A stretch of 64,000 nt of DNA from Steroidobacteraceae bacterium (GTDB lineage: Bacteria; Pseudomonadota; Gammaproteobacteria; Steroidobacterales; Steroidobacteraceae): contig JAYRRR010000006.1 in NCBI GenBank assembly GCA_041910015.1, forward strand, positions 1,503-65,502. Reading direction: 5' to 3'. Shown here piece by piece: positions 29,417 to 38,673 of this stretch (within the stretch, counting starts at the first letter, position 1; every line of letters starts with the position of its first letter). The position numbers and the translations under genes were made by a program. The notes under the pieces were generated by a model. The model ran no database searches, was not told the DNA's origin, and was given only the letters and a program-made list of their open reading frames with translations.

Positions 29417-30391
29417 ATGACCGCAGGCATTCGTGAGTTGACGATCAGTGAGGCCATGAAGGAAGCGCTGGCCGACGAGATGCGCCGCGACGACAACGTG
29501 CTGATGCTCGGCATCAGCATCCGCGCGGGCACGTTCCCGCACACCAAGGGCCTCTACGACGAATTCGGCGCCCGGCGCGTGCTCGATACGCCGCTGTCGG
29601 AAACCGGCTGCTTCGGCGCCGCCTTCGGCGCGGCCCAGGAAGGGCTGCGCCCCGTGCTCGACTTCATGTACGCGGGCTTTTCCTATTACGCCGGCTCCGA
29701 GGTCTTTCTGCAGGCCGGCCAGTATCACTTCCTGCACGGCAGCCAGCACCCGGTGCCCATGACCATGATCGGCACCTGCGGGGCCGGGCGCCGCGTCGGC
29801 AACGAGCACGCCACGCTGCCCTACGGCGCGCTGATCCACCACCCGGGAATCAAGGTCTGCATGCCGTCGACGCCCTACGACGCCAAGGGGCTGCTCAAGG
29901 CGGCGATTCGCGACAACAACCCGGTGTTCTTCCTCTGGCACACGACCATGATGACGGTCAAGGGTCCGGTGCCCGAAGACGACTACGTCGTTCCGCTCGG
30001 CGTCGCCGACGTCAAACGCGAGGGCAGTGACGTGACGGTGCTCGCCAGTGGCCTGCAGGTGCATCGCGCGCTCGAAGCCGCCGAGACGCTCAAGGATGAA
30101 ATCAGCGTCGAGGTCGTCGATGCGCGGAGCTTCGAGCCGTTCGACCTGCCCTGCCTGCTGAAGTCCGTCGAAAAGACGACGCGCCTCGTGACCGTCGACG
30201 AGGACTTCGAGCGTGCCGGGTTCGCTGCCGAGGTGTCCGCGCTGATGATGGAGCACGGTTACGACCTGCTCGACGCGCCGGTCAAGCGCGTCTGCCATCC
30301 GCCCATCCCCGTCCCCGGCGGTTACATGGACGCCTACACGATGCCGACGACCGAGCGCATCGTGGCTGGCATTCGCGACGTCTGCCGCTGA
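29417..30391 (+). CDS. E1 beta subunit (AcoB-like)
   Basis: MTAGIRELTISEAMKEALADEMRRDDNVLMLG and DTPLSETG, with a transketolase-like Pyr domain and C-terminal domain. ATG 29417 lies inside ORF 29336..30391. Confidence 0.9.
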   Translation: MTAGIRELTISEAMKEALADEMRRDDNVLMLGISIRAGTFPHTKGLYDEFGARRVLDTPLSETGCFGAAFGAAQEGLRPVLDFMYAGFSYYAGSEVFLQAGQYHFLHGSQHPVPMTMIGTCGAGRRVGNEHATLPYGALIHHPGIKVCMPSTPYDAKGLLKAAIRDNNPVFFLWHTTMMTVKGPVPEDDYVVPLGVADVKREGSDVTVLASGLQVHRALEAAETLKDEISVEVVDARSFEPFDLPCLLKSVEKTTRLVTVDEDFERAGFAAEVSALMMEHGYDLLDAPVKRVCHPPIPVPGGYMDAYTMPTTERIVAGIRDVCR

Positions 30392-30400
30392 GGGCTCGCC

Positions 30401-31768
30401 ATGATCCGCGACGTGATATTGCCGCAGCTTGCGATGGGCATGTCGGAGGGGACGATCGTCGAGTGGGCCGTGGCCGAGGGCGCGCACGTCGACAGGGACG
30501 CGCCGTTCGCTTCGATCGAAACGGAGAAGGTCGTCAACGAGCTTCCCTCGCCATACCGCGGCTTCGTGCATCTCTGCGTCGAGGTCGGCGAGGCTGTGCC
30601 GGTGGAGACAGTGATCGCCCGGATTGCCGAAACGGAAAGCGAATATCGCGAACTCGTCGGCTCTGGCTCGCCGCAGGTTGCCGCGACATCCCGGATCACC
30701 ACCGCCGAACCTTTCGCCGCGGCGACGGCGGCAATGGCCGAAGCGCCTGCGCGCCCTCCAGCCAGCGCTGCGGCCACCGCCGAGCCGGACGCCGCGGCGT
30801 CAGGAATGATCGCCGCAGTTGCTGCGCCGGCTCCGGGCCGCGCGGGCCGCGTGCGCGCCACCGGACTCGCGAGAAGGATCGCCCGCGAACATGGCCTCGA
30901 TCTTCGGAGCCTGACAGGCAGCGGGCCGGGCGGGCGGATCGTGCGGCAGGACGTGCTCGCGGCGCTGGAGCGGAAGCAGGCGACAGCGACGGCGACAGCG
31001 CCGGCGCCGGCTGCAGCGCCGACCGCAGGCACCACGGCTGCGCCCGCCATGCGTGAAAAGGCCCGCGTGCCGCTGACGGGCATGCGCAAGACCATTGCCG
31101 ATCGCATGATCCGGTCGAAGACGACCGCAGCGCACACGTATGCGTTCTTCGAGGTGGACGTCACCAACCTCGTGCGCGTGCGCAACACGATGCTCGATCG
31201 CGAAAAGGAACTCGGCGGGCGAATCTCGATGGTCTCCCTGCACGTCAAGGCGTTGTCCATCGCGTGCCAGCAGGTGCCGATCTGCAATTCCACCCTGACG
31301 AACGACGAAGTCGTCGTCTGGGACAACGTCAACGTCGGCATCGCCGTGGCGACGCCCGGCAGGACCGAGTATGAGTCGGGTCTCCACGTGCCCGTCATCC
31401 GCAACGTCGAGCGTCAGGGTGTCGTGGAGATCGACCGGCGGGTGCGCGATCTGACGGAGCGAGCGCGCAACGGGCGACTTTCGTCGGCCGAGATGACCGA
31501 CGGCACGATCACGCTTTCGAGCACGGCGGGTTTCATGCCGGGCCAATGGTCCGTGTCGACGCCGCTGATCAACCAGCCGCAGGTCGTCAACTTCCAGCCG
31601 GGATCGCCGATCCAGAAACCCGTGGTCGTCGATGGTGAGATCGTGGTGCGCACGATGCTGCCCTGCGGGCTCAGCTACGATCACCGCGCGATGGATGGCG
31701 AGCCGGTTGGCCGCTTCATCCGCAAGCTGTCGGACCTGCTCGCCCATCCGGAGCTGATGCTGTTGTAG
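30401..31768 (+). CDS. dihydrolipoamide acyltransferase E2 (AcoC-like)
   Basis: Lipoyl domain (ASIETEKVVNELPSP) followed by an Ala/Pro linker. Peripheral-subunit-binding domain (ATGLARRIAREHGLDLRSLTGSGPGGRI). Catalytic domain with SYDHRAMDGEP. Confidence 0.9.
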   Translation: MIRDVILPQLAMGMSEGTIVEWAVAEGAHVDRDAPFASIETEKVVNELPSPYRGFVHLCVEVGEAVPVETVIARIAETESEYRELVGSGSPQVAATSRITTAEPFAAATAAMAEAPARPPASAAATAEPDAAASGMIAAVAAPAPGRAGRVRATGLARRIAREHGLDLRSLTGSGPGGRIVRQDVLAALERKQATATATAPAPAAAPTAGTTAAPAMREKARVPLTGMRKTIADRMIRSKTTAAHTYAFFEVDVTNLVRVRNTMLDREKELGGRISMVSLHVKALSIACQQVPICNSTLTNDEVVVWDNVNVGIAVATPGRTEYESGLHVPVIRNVERQGVVEIDRRVRDLTERARNGRLSSAEMTDGTITLSSTAGFMPGQWSVSTPLINQPQVVNFQPGSPIQKPVVVDGEIVVRTMLPCGLSYDHRAMDGEPVGRFIRKLSDLLAHPELMLL

Positions 31769-31833
31769 GAGCTGCCCGAGGCGCGCTTCGCCGAGGAGCT
31801 GGAGCGGCTCTGAGCGTCCGGCACGAGGCCTGC

Positions 31834-33259
31834 TCAAATCAGACCGGCCCGCTGGGCCGTGCGCGCCGCCGGAATCATCCACCGGCGGATGTTGCGGTGC
31901 TGCCGCCCCGGGTCGTCCACTGCGCGCGGACGCGTGAGCGGGAAGGGCAGCCGGTCGGGACGATCGGCTGCCAGTGCCTCCGCGAGCAGCTTGCCCATCA
32001 AAGGCGCCATGACGTTGCCCCAGGCGTTGAAGTGCATCAGCCCGTACAGACCCGGGCGCAGTTCGTAGGCACCCGGGAACTCGACGTCGCGAAGTGCCAC
32101 ACGACCCGTCCAGTAGGTCTCGAGCTCGACCGGGACGTCACGCGGCCGGCCAAGTACGCTGCAGCCACGCGAGCTGGGTTGCGAAGTGCCAGGCCGCGTC
32201 CTGCGGTTTCGCGATGGCCGGTATCGAGGACAGCACCAGCCGCCCGTGGCGATCCTTGACCAGCGGATTGAGGTCGATCGGGTACTGCGCGAGCGTCGCA
32301 CCGCCCGGCATGACCTGCAACCGCAGTGGTGTCGCCAGCGGTCGCGTCGTCAGCGCATAGGCAGTGAGCGGATAGAAGCAGCGCGCGAACTCGGGGACGA
32401 TCGCCGTGGGGCAGGCGTTGGTGCAGAACACTGCGCGATCCACCCGGACGCTGCCACGCGCGGTCGTGACGCACCAGCGCCGGCCAGTGCCTTCGATGCC
32501 CAGCGCCTCGCTGTCGCCGTGTACGGCCGCGTCCAGAGGCGCCGCCGCGGTCGCCATGCCGTTCGTGAACAGATAGGGATTGATGCGACCGCCGTCCTCG
32601 AGCATCACGCCGTGGTCGTATCGCGTGCTGCCGGACAGGGCGTGAACCTCATCGCCGTGCAACACGCGTGTGTTCTGGATGCCGAGCCGCGTCAGGTACT
32701 CGAACGCCCACATGAACTTCTCGACGTCATCGGCATCCTTCATGACGTTCAGGTAGCCCGAGCGGACGGCATCGCAATCGATCCGCAGCCTCTGGCTGAG
32801 GTCGAACGGAATCGTGTGGTGTTCGCGGAACGCCTCGAGGAATGCCTTGCCACGACCGGGAAACGTCCCTGGCCCGCCGATGTCGCGCAGCAGCGGCAGG
32901 ACGTGGCCCGCGTTGCGACCCGACGCACCCCATCCCGGCTGACGCCCCTCGAGGATGGCGACCTGCACACCGCGCTCGGCCAGGTGCAGCGCGAGCGAGC
33001 TGCCGGCCAGGCCCGCGCCAACGACGACCACATCGACGTCGATGTCGCCGGCGAGTGCGGGAAAGGGCGGCTACGGGCCCGCCGGCCGTGTCCAGCCGCT
33101 GCGCTCGACGGGCACGAGGCCGAGGTCGTACAACTCGAACTCGCTCCGCGCATGCCTGTCGCGTTCGGTCAGTGGTTCATCGCGGCCACAACCGGCGGGT
33201 GCGGCGCCGAGGCCGAGTGCCAGTGCGGAGCGCAGGACGTCGCGCCGGTTCATCGTCAT
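31834..33259 (-). pseudogene. FAD-dependent oxidoreductase (DAO family) with Tat/lipoprotein-like leader; in-frame TAG and one frameshift
   Basis: The leader MTMNRRDVLRSALALGLGAAPAGC ends in TAG (33073..33071) in the same frame as DIDVDVVVVGAGLAGSS. The C-terminal part (VPVELETYWTGRVALRDVEFPG...GNVMAPLMGKLLAEAL) is in a different frame from about 32150. Confidence 0.65.
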
Positions 33260-33261
33260 GC

Positions 33262-33696
33262 TCAGTGCTCTAACGTCAATACGGCCAGACCGGAGATCAT
33301 GAGCCCGATCCCGCTCCAGTCACGGACCGAGGGCCGTTCGCCCAGGAATGCAACGGCGAGCACGACGACCCACACGACGCTCGACTTGTCCATGAGCGCC
33401 ACCTTGGCAAGGTCTCCGAGCTGGAGCGCCTTGAAATAGCAAAGCCAGGAGGCACCGGTCGCCAGGGCCGAAAGTGTCAGCAACAACAGCGTCCGGCCGG
33501 GCAGGTCCAGGGGATTGGACCACTTGCCGGTGATCAGGACCAGGGGCACGACGAGCGCGGCAACCACGAGGGTCCTGATGGCCATGGCCAGCTCGGAATC
33601 CACGTCCTGCACGCCCATCTTGGCTAACACGGCGGTGAGCGCGGCAGAACACGCCGACGCCAGGGCCCACGTTATCCAGCCTGCCGAGGAGACCAT
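33262..33696 (-). CDS. small EamA-domain (DMT superfamily) membrane protein
   Basis: 144 aa from ATG 33696 with about 4-5 TM segments. Pattern WLCYFKALQLGDLAKVALMDKSSVVWVVVLAVAFLGE is typical of half-size EamA proteins. Confidence 0.75.
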   Translation of the reverse strand: MVSSAGWITWALASACSAALTAVLAKMGVQDVDSELAMAIRTLVVAALVVPLVLITGKWSNPLDLPGRTLLLLTLSALATGASWLCYFKALQLGDLAKVALMDKSSVVWVVVLAVAFLGERPSVRDWSGIGLMISGLAVLTLEH

Positions 33697-33863
33697 GTCA
33701 CTCGCTCCGACGTTCCGGCGAAGGCGGCAGTTTGTGGCATCCGGACGGAGACGGCACATTACCAAAAGAGAATTATACGCAACGCAAGGTGTATCCAATG
33801 TCCTGCCAACGGCTCACCCTGCCGGCCACACCGCCATGCCGGCGCGACCGGGGGAGACACAGG

Positions 33864-36401
33864 ATGAATGCCATCAGCTCGCAGATCGCCGACGACCTGG
33901 GCAGGCCAACCGAACTGGTCGCGCTGTCGGCCCAGGAACGCGCCATCGAACAGGGCAGCCGCGCCCTGCACGGCAACGTGAGCGATCGCGTGCTGCGGAT
34001 GTTCGATGCGATCCGCCAATATGGCAGCCCGCGCGCCGCTCTCGATCGCGCGGTGTTCTTCACCGAGTCGTTCAAGACCACCGAAGGCCAGCCGCTCGTA
34101 CTGCGCTGGGCGAAGGCGCTCGTGCACGTCTGCGAGAACCTGCCCGTCACGATCTTCGACGATGAACTGATCGTCGGCCGGCCGAACACCTGGCTCGGCC
34201 GTTATGGCCTCGTGTATGGCGAGCTCGACGGCAGTCTGCTCGAGGCCGCGGCCGAGGCCAGCGTGACGCAGGCCGGGCAGAAGGGCGCGATCGCGATGAC
34301 TGACGAAGACCGTCGCGTCGTCGCGGAGGTGCTGTATCCGCACTGGAACGGCCGCGATTTCGGCACGGCCTTCGTGCGCGCGCTGCCCGAGTCGACGCGG
34401 TTCTACTTCTTCGGCCCGGACCGCGACAACACGGCGAGCGCGACCGGCGTCGGCATGTGCTCGGCGATCTGGCGCCATTCGCAGAACTGGGTGCACGACT
34501 TCGCCAGGATCCTCAACCTCGGGTGCTTCGGCATCCGGGCCGAAGCCGAGGCCCGCATCGCCGCACTCGAGGATCCGCACGACGTCGCGCTGAAGAAGCC
34601 GTACCTCGAGGCCGTCGTGCTGACCTGCGACGCGATCTCGACCTGGGCGCGCCGCTACTCCGAAAAGGCCGCGCAGATGGCGGTGACCGAGACGCGGCCC
34701 GGGCGCAAGCGCGAGCTCGAGCGCATCGCCGAGGTGTGCGCGCGGGTGCCCGAGCATCCCGCGCGCAGCTTCCACGAAGCGGTGCAGGCGCAGTGGTTCG
34801 CGCAGCTCTTTTCACGGCTCGAGCAGAACATCGGCGGCCAGGTGAGCCAGGGCCGCATGGACCAGTACCTGTACCCGTTCTATCGCCGCGACGTCGATGC
34901 CGGCACGCTCACGAAGGCGCAGGCCGAGGAACTGCTGCAGTGCGTCTGGCTCAACATGATGCAGAGCACCGAGATCAAGATGTCCCCGACGGCGGCCGCG
35001 AGCATGGAGGGTTTCGCGCACTTCGAGCAGATCACGATCGGCGGACAGACCCCCGACGGCCGCGATGCCACGAACGAGCTCACCTATGTGATGCTCGACT
35101 CGGCGCGCCCGCTGCAGTCGAGCTATCCCGAACTCGCGGCACGCATCCACTCGGGCACGCCCGACCGGTTCCTGCACGCCGTGGCGGAGGCCATCAAGGA
35201 TGGCAAGGGCACGCCAAAGGTGCTCAACGACGAGCAGATCGTGCCGTTCTATCTCGCCAACGGCGCCACCGTCGAGGAAGCGCTCGACTACGCGGGCTCC
35301 GGCTGCATCGAGTCGCGGCTCGTCAACCGCGAGACGCACGTCACCGGCAACAGCGCGATCAATTACGGCTCGGTGATCGAGATGACGCTGCGCGACGGGC
35401 GCATCAAGGTGTGGAAGGACCTGCGGTTCGGCGTCGCGACCGGCGACCCGCGCAGCTTCGCCACGTTCGACGACGTCTGGCGCGCCTTCTGCGCGCAGCT
35501 GGAGAACACGCTGCGCCACATCATGACGCAGCAGTACGTCGCGCTGGATCTGAAGCCGCGTCATTTCGCGGCGCCGTTCGCCTCGATGCTGCACGAGCTC
35601 GCCACGAAGGCGTGCATGGACCTGCACCGGCACGGCGAGTACATCCCGGGCGGCATCGACCTCTCGTGCATCGAGTCGATCGGCAAGGGCACGGCGATCG
35701 ACTCGCTCGCGGCGATCAAGCACCTGGTCTACGACACGAAGAAGCTCGGCTGGGACGAACTGCTCGACGCGATCGAGCGCAACTGGGAAGGCTGTGAGGC
35801 GACCCGTCAGCTCTGCCTCAACGCGCCCAAGTACGGCAACGGCATCGACTGGGTGGAGCAGATCGGCTTCGACATCGAGAAGTTCATTCTCGACTTCCTG
35901 CGCCGCCATCCGAAGCCGCACGGGCAGGCGTTCATGCTCCGCTGCATCCCGGTCACGATCCACGTGCCGATGGGTCGCGTGGTCGCGGCGACGCCGAACG
36001 GCCGTCCGGCCGGCGAATACCTCTCCGAGGGCATCTCGCCGTCGCACGGCATGGACGTGCAGGGGCCGACGGTGTCGCTGCGCTCGATGGCGCGCGCACG
36101 CTGCCTCGGTTACAAGGAGAAGGCCGCCGACCTCATCAACATGAAGTTTACGCCGCAGACCGTGGCGGGCGAGGAGGGCACGCGGCGCCTCATGCAGGTG
36201 CTGCGCACCTGGTGCGACCTCAAGCTCTGGCACCTGCAGTTCAACATCCTGAACCGCTCGACGCTGCTCGCCGCGCAACGCGATCCCGAGAAGTACCGCA
36301 ACCTCGTCGTGCGCATCGCCGGCTATTCGGCGTACTTCGTCGACCTCACGCCGATGCAGCAGGCCGAGATCATCGCGCGCACCGAGGAGCAGATGTCCTG
36401 A
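33864..36401 (+). CDS. glycyl-radical enzyme (PFL-like fold, Cys-x-Glu eliminase-type loop), substrate unknown
   Basis: 845 aa. C-terminal glycyl radical motif VVRIAGYSAYFVDLTPMQQAEII and thiyl loop AGSGCIESR. ATG 33864 follows gggaga. Confidence 0.9.
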   Translation: MNAISSQIADDLGRPTELVALSAQERAIEQGSRALHGNVSDRVLRMFDAIRQYGSPRAALDRAVFFTESFKTTEGQPLVLRWAKALVHVCENLPVTIFDDELIVGRPNTWLGRYGLVYGELDGSLLEAAAEASVTQAGQKGAIAMTDEDRRVVAEVLYPHWNGRDFGTAFVRALPESTRFYFFGPDRDNTASATGVGMCSAIWRHSQNWVHDFARILNLGCFGIRAEAEARIAALEDPHDVALKKPYLEAVVLTCDAISTWARRYSEKAAQMAVTETRPGRKRELERIAEVCARVPEHPARSFHEAVQAQWFAQLFSRLEQNIGGQVSQGRMDQYLYPFYRRDVDAGTLTKAQAEELLQCVWLNMMQSTEIKMSPTAAASMEGFAHFEQITIGGQTPDGRDATNELTYVMLDSARPLQSSYPELAARIHSGTPDRFLHAVAEAIKDGKGTPKVLNDEQIVPFYLANGATVEEALDYAGSGCIESRLVNRETHVTGNSAINYGSVIEMTLRDGRIKVWKDLRFGVATGDPRSFATFDDVWRAFCAQLENTLRHIMTQQYVALDLKPRHFAAPFASMLHELATKACMDLHRHGEYIPGGIDLSCIESIGKGTAIDSLAAIKHLVYDTKKLGWDELLDAIERNWEGCEATRQLCLNAPKYGNGIDWVEQIGFDIEKFILDFLRRHPKPHGQAFMLRCIPVTIHVPMGRVVAATPNGRPAGEYLSEGISPSHGMDVQGPTVSLRSMARARCLGYKEKAADLINMKFTPQTVAGEEGTRRLMQVLRTWCDLKLWHLQFNILNRSTLLAAQRDPEKYRNLVVRIAGYSAYFVDLTPMQQAEIIARTEEQMS

Positions 36402-36423
36402 CGCGTCCGGGGGGGGGTGATCC

Positions 36424-37464
36424 ATGAACGCGCCCGCTGGGGTCGTCTTCAACATCCAGCGTTTCTCGACGGACGACGGGCCCGGCATCCGCACGACCGT
36501 GTTCCTGAAGGGTTGCCCGCTGCGCTGCAAGGCCTGCAGCAATCCGGAAGGCCTCGCCGCACGGCCGCAACTGCTCTACCGCACGTCGAAGTGCATCGGC
36601 GCGTCGCAGTGCGGCCGCTGCCTGCCGAAGTGCCCGGCACACGCGCTGTCGGTGGGTGAAGACGGCAAAGTGCGCGTCGACTTCGCGAGTTGCACGGATT
36701 GCGGGTGCTGCGTCGAGGCGTGTCCGTCGCAGGCGCTCGAGATCGTCGGCAGGCAGATGAGCGTCGACCAGGTGCTCGCCGTCGTGGAGGCGGAGCAGGC
36801 GTTCCATTCCCGCTCGGGCGGCGGCATCACGCTCTCCGGCGGCGAAGTCCTGCGGCAGTCGAAGTTCGCGGCGGCGCTGCTCGAGGAAGCGCGCAGGCGC
36901 GGCATGACGACCGCGATCGAAACCTCCGGCATGGGCCGCTGGCAGGCGCTCGCGCGGCTGCTGCCCCACTGTGACAGCGTCCACTACGACATCAAGTGCC
37001 TCGACCGCGAGCGGCATCGGCGGTTCACGGGCCTGCCGAACGACCTGATCCTGCGCAACCTCCGCAGGCTCTGCGAGGTCTTTCCGCACGACCGCATCGT
37101 CGTGCGCACGCCGTTCATCCCCGGGGTCAACGGCACGGTCGAGGACGTGCGCGCGATCGGCGGGTTCCTGCGCTCCATCGGTGACGACCTGCACTACGAG
37201 TTGCTCCCGTACCATCGCTACGGCGAGGCCAAGTACGGTTTCCTGGGCATGACCCCGCCGATGACTTCCGTCGTGCCCGGCGCGGAAGCGGCGGCGATTC
37301 ATGCGGAACTCGCGCGTTACCGTGTCCGCGAGCGCGCCACGGTGCCGTTGTCGCCGCGACAGGGGCGGCCGCTGCTCGAGCGGATAGGGGTCAGGGTCGA
37401 CCCGGAGGGGTCTGATCCCACCCGACCCCACCCGCGCAGAGGGGGCGCTCCCGCTGCAACCTGA
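36424..37464 (+). CDS. glycyl-radical enzyme activating protein (radical SAM)
   Basis: FSTDDGPGIRTTVFLKGCPLRCKACSNPE (Cx3Cx2C). Ferredoxin-like insert with two Cys groups (CIGASQCGRCLPKCP; CTDCGCCVEACP). GGGITLSGGE is present. Confidence 0.92.
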   Translation: MNAPAGVVFNIQRFSTDDGPGIRTTVFLKGCPLRCKACSNPEGLAARPQLLYRTSKCIGASQCGRCLPKCPAHALSVGEDGKVRVDFASCTDCGCCVEACPSQALEIVGRQMSVDQVLAVVEAEQAFHSRSGGGITLSGGEVLRQSKFAAALLEEARRRGMTTAIETSGMGRWQALARLLPHCDSVHYDIKCLDRERHRRFTGLPNDLILRNLRRLCEVFPHDRIVVRTPFIPGVNGTVEDVRAIGGFLRSIGDDLHYELLPYHRYGEAKYGFLGMTPPMTSVVPGAEAAAIHAELARYRVRERATVPLSPRQGRPLLERIGVRVDPEGSDPTRPHPRRGGAPAAT

Positions 37465-37550
37465 GGCACACTGGCTGCAACCGCGGGCGCATTGGTCCCG
37501 CGACGTCACGCGAATACTGCGACCTCACGTACACGACAGGAGTCCGCAAC

Positions 37551-38600
37551 ATGTATTTCGCAGACGACGCGCTGCTCCCCGAGAACCAGGACGAACTGAT
37601 CATCACGGCCGCACCCTACGGCCCCGAGTGGCTGCCCTCGGACTTCCCGGAAGACGTCCCGGTCACGCTCGACGAGCAGGTGCAGAAGGCCGTCGACTGC
37701 TGGAACGCCGGCGCCACGGTGCTGCACGTCCACGTCCGCGAGGCCGACGGCAAGGGCAGCAAGCGGCTGTCGATGTTCAACGAACTGATCGCGCGCCTGC
37801 GCGATCGCATCCCGGAGATGGTGCTGCAGGTCGGCGGCTCGATCTCGTTCTCGCCGGAGAACGACGGCGACCGGGCCAGATGGCTCCGTTACGACACGCG
37901 TCATCTGCTCGCCGATCTCACGCCCAAGCCCGACCAGGTGACGATCGTGGTCAATACCTCGCAGATGAACATCATGGAGCTCATGAGCGCCGACGACACG
38001 CAGGGCACGCAGTATGCGAATCCGGCCGTCCGCTCCGCCTGGAGTGACATGGTCGTCGACGCGACGCCGTCGTTCTTCATCGAGCATCTGCAGCGGCTGC
38101 GCGCCGCCGGCATCCAGCCGTATTTCATGCTGGCGCACGTCGCGCAGCTCGAGACCTGCGAGCGGCTGATCCGGCGTGGGCAGTACATGGGGCCCTTCAA
38201 CCACTGCTACGTCGCGATCGGCGGCGGCGCCGCGGGGCCCGATCCGTTCCAGATGATGGACTACGTGCGTCGCTCCCCGCAGGGTGGCGTGCTGCAGATC
38301 GAGGGCATCATGCGCAACGTGCCGCCGATGATGGCGATGGCGATCGCGATGGGCCTGCACGTGCGTGTCGGCATCGAGGACAACCTCTGGCGGCGCAGTG
38401 GCGAGCGCTTCACCTCGGTGCAGCAGGTCGAGCAGATGGTGCGGCTCGCGCGCGAACTCGGCCGCGACGTGGCGACGGGCACCGACGCACGGCGCATCCT
38501 CCGGGTCGGTACGGTCTACGACAGCGTCGACGAGACGCTGCAGGCGCTCGGCATGTCGCCGAATCGCAAGCCGGGACAGCGGGGCTTCCTTGTCGGCTGA
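37551..38600 (+). CDS. BKACE / DUF849 family beta-keto-acid cleavage enzyme
   Basis: ITAAPYG, GATVLHVHVREADG (HxH metal ligands), GLHVRVGIEDNLW. SD acaggag upstream. Confidence 0.85.
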   Translation: MYFADDALLPENQDELIITAAPYGPEWLPSDFPEDVPVTLDEQVQKAVDCWNAGATVLHVHVREADGKGSKRLSMFNELIARLRDRIPEMVLQVGGSISFSPENDGDRARWLRYDTRHLLADLTPKPDQVTIVVNTSQMNIMELMSADDTQGTQYANPAVRSAWSDMVVDATPSFFIEHLQRLRAAGIQPYFMLAHVAQLETCERLIRRGQYMGPFNHCYVAIGGGAAGPDPFQMMDYVRRSPQGGVLQIEGIMRNVPPMMAMAIAMGLHVRVGIEDNLWRRSGERFTSVQQVEQMVRLARELGRDVATGTDARRILRVGTVYDSVDETLQALGMSPNRKPGQRGFLVG

Positions 38601-38673
38601 GCGCAAAATCGCGTCGCGCGGCTCGGGTCGCGCAAGCGCATCCACCGGGCCGGCGGCGACGCCGGCGCGGCCG

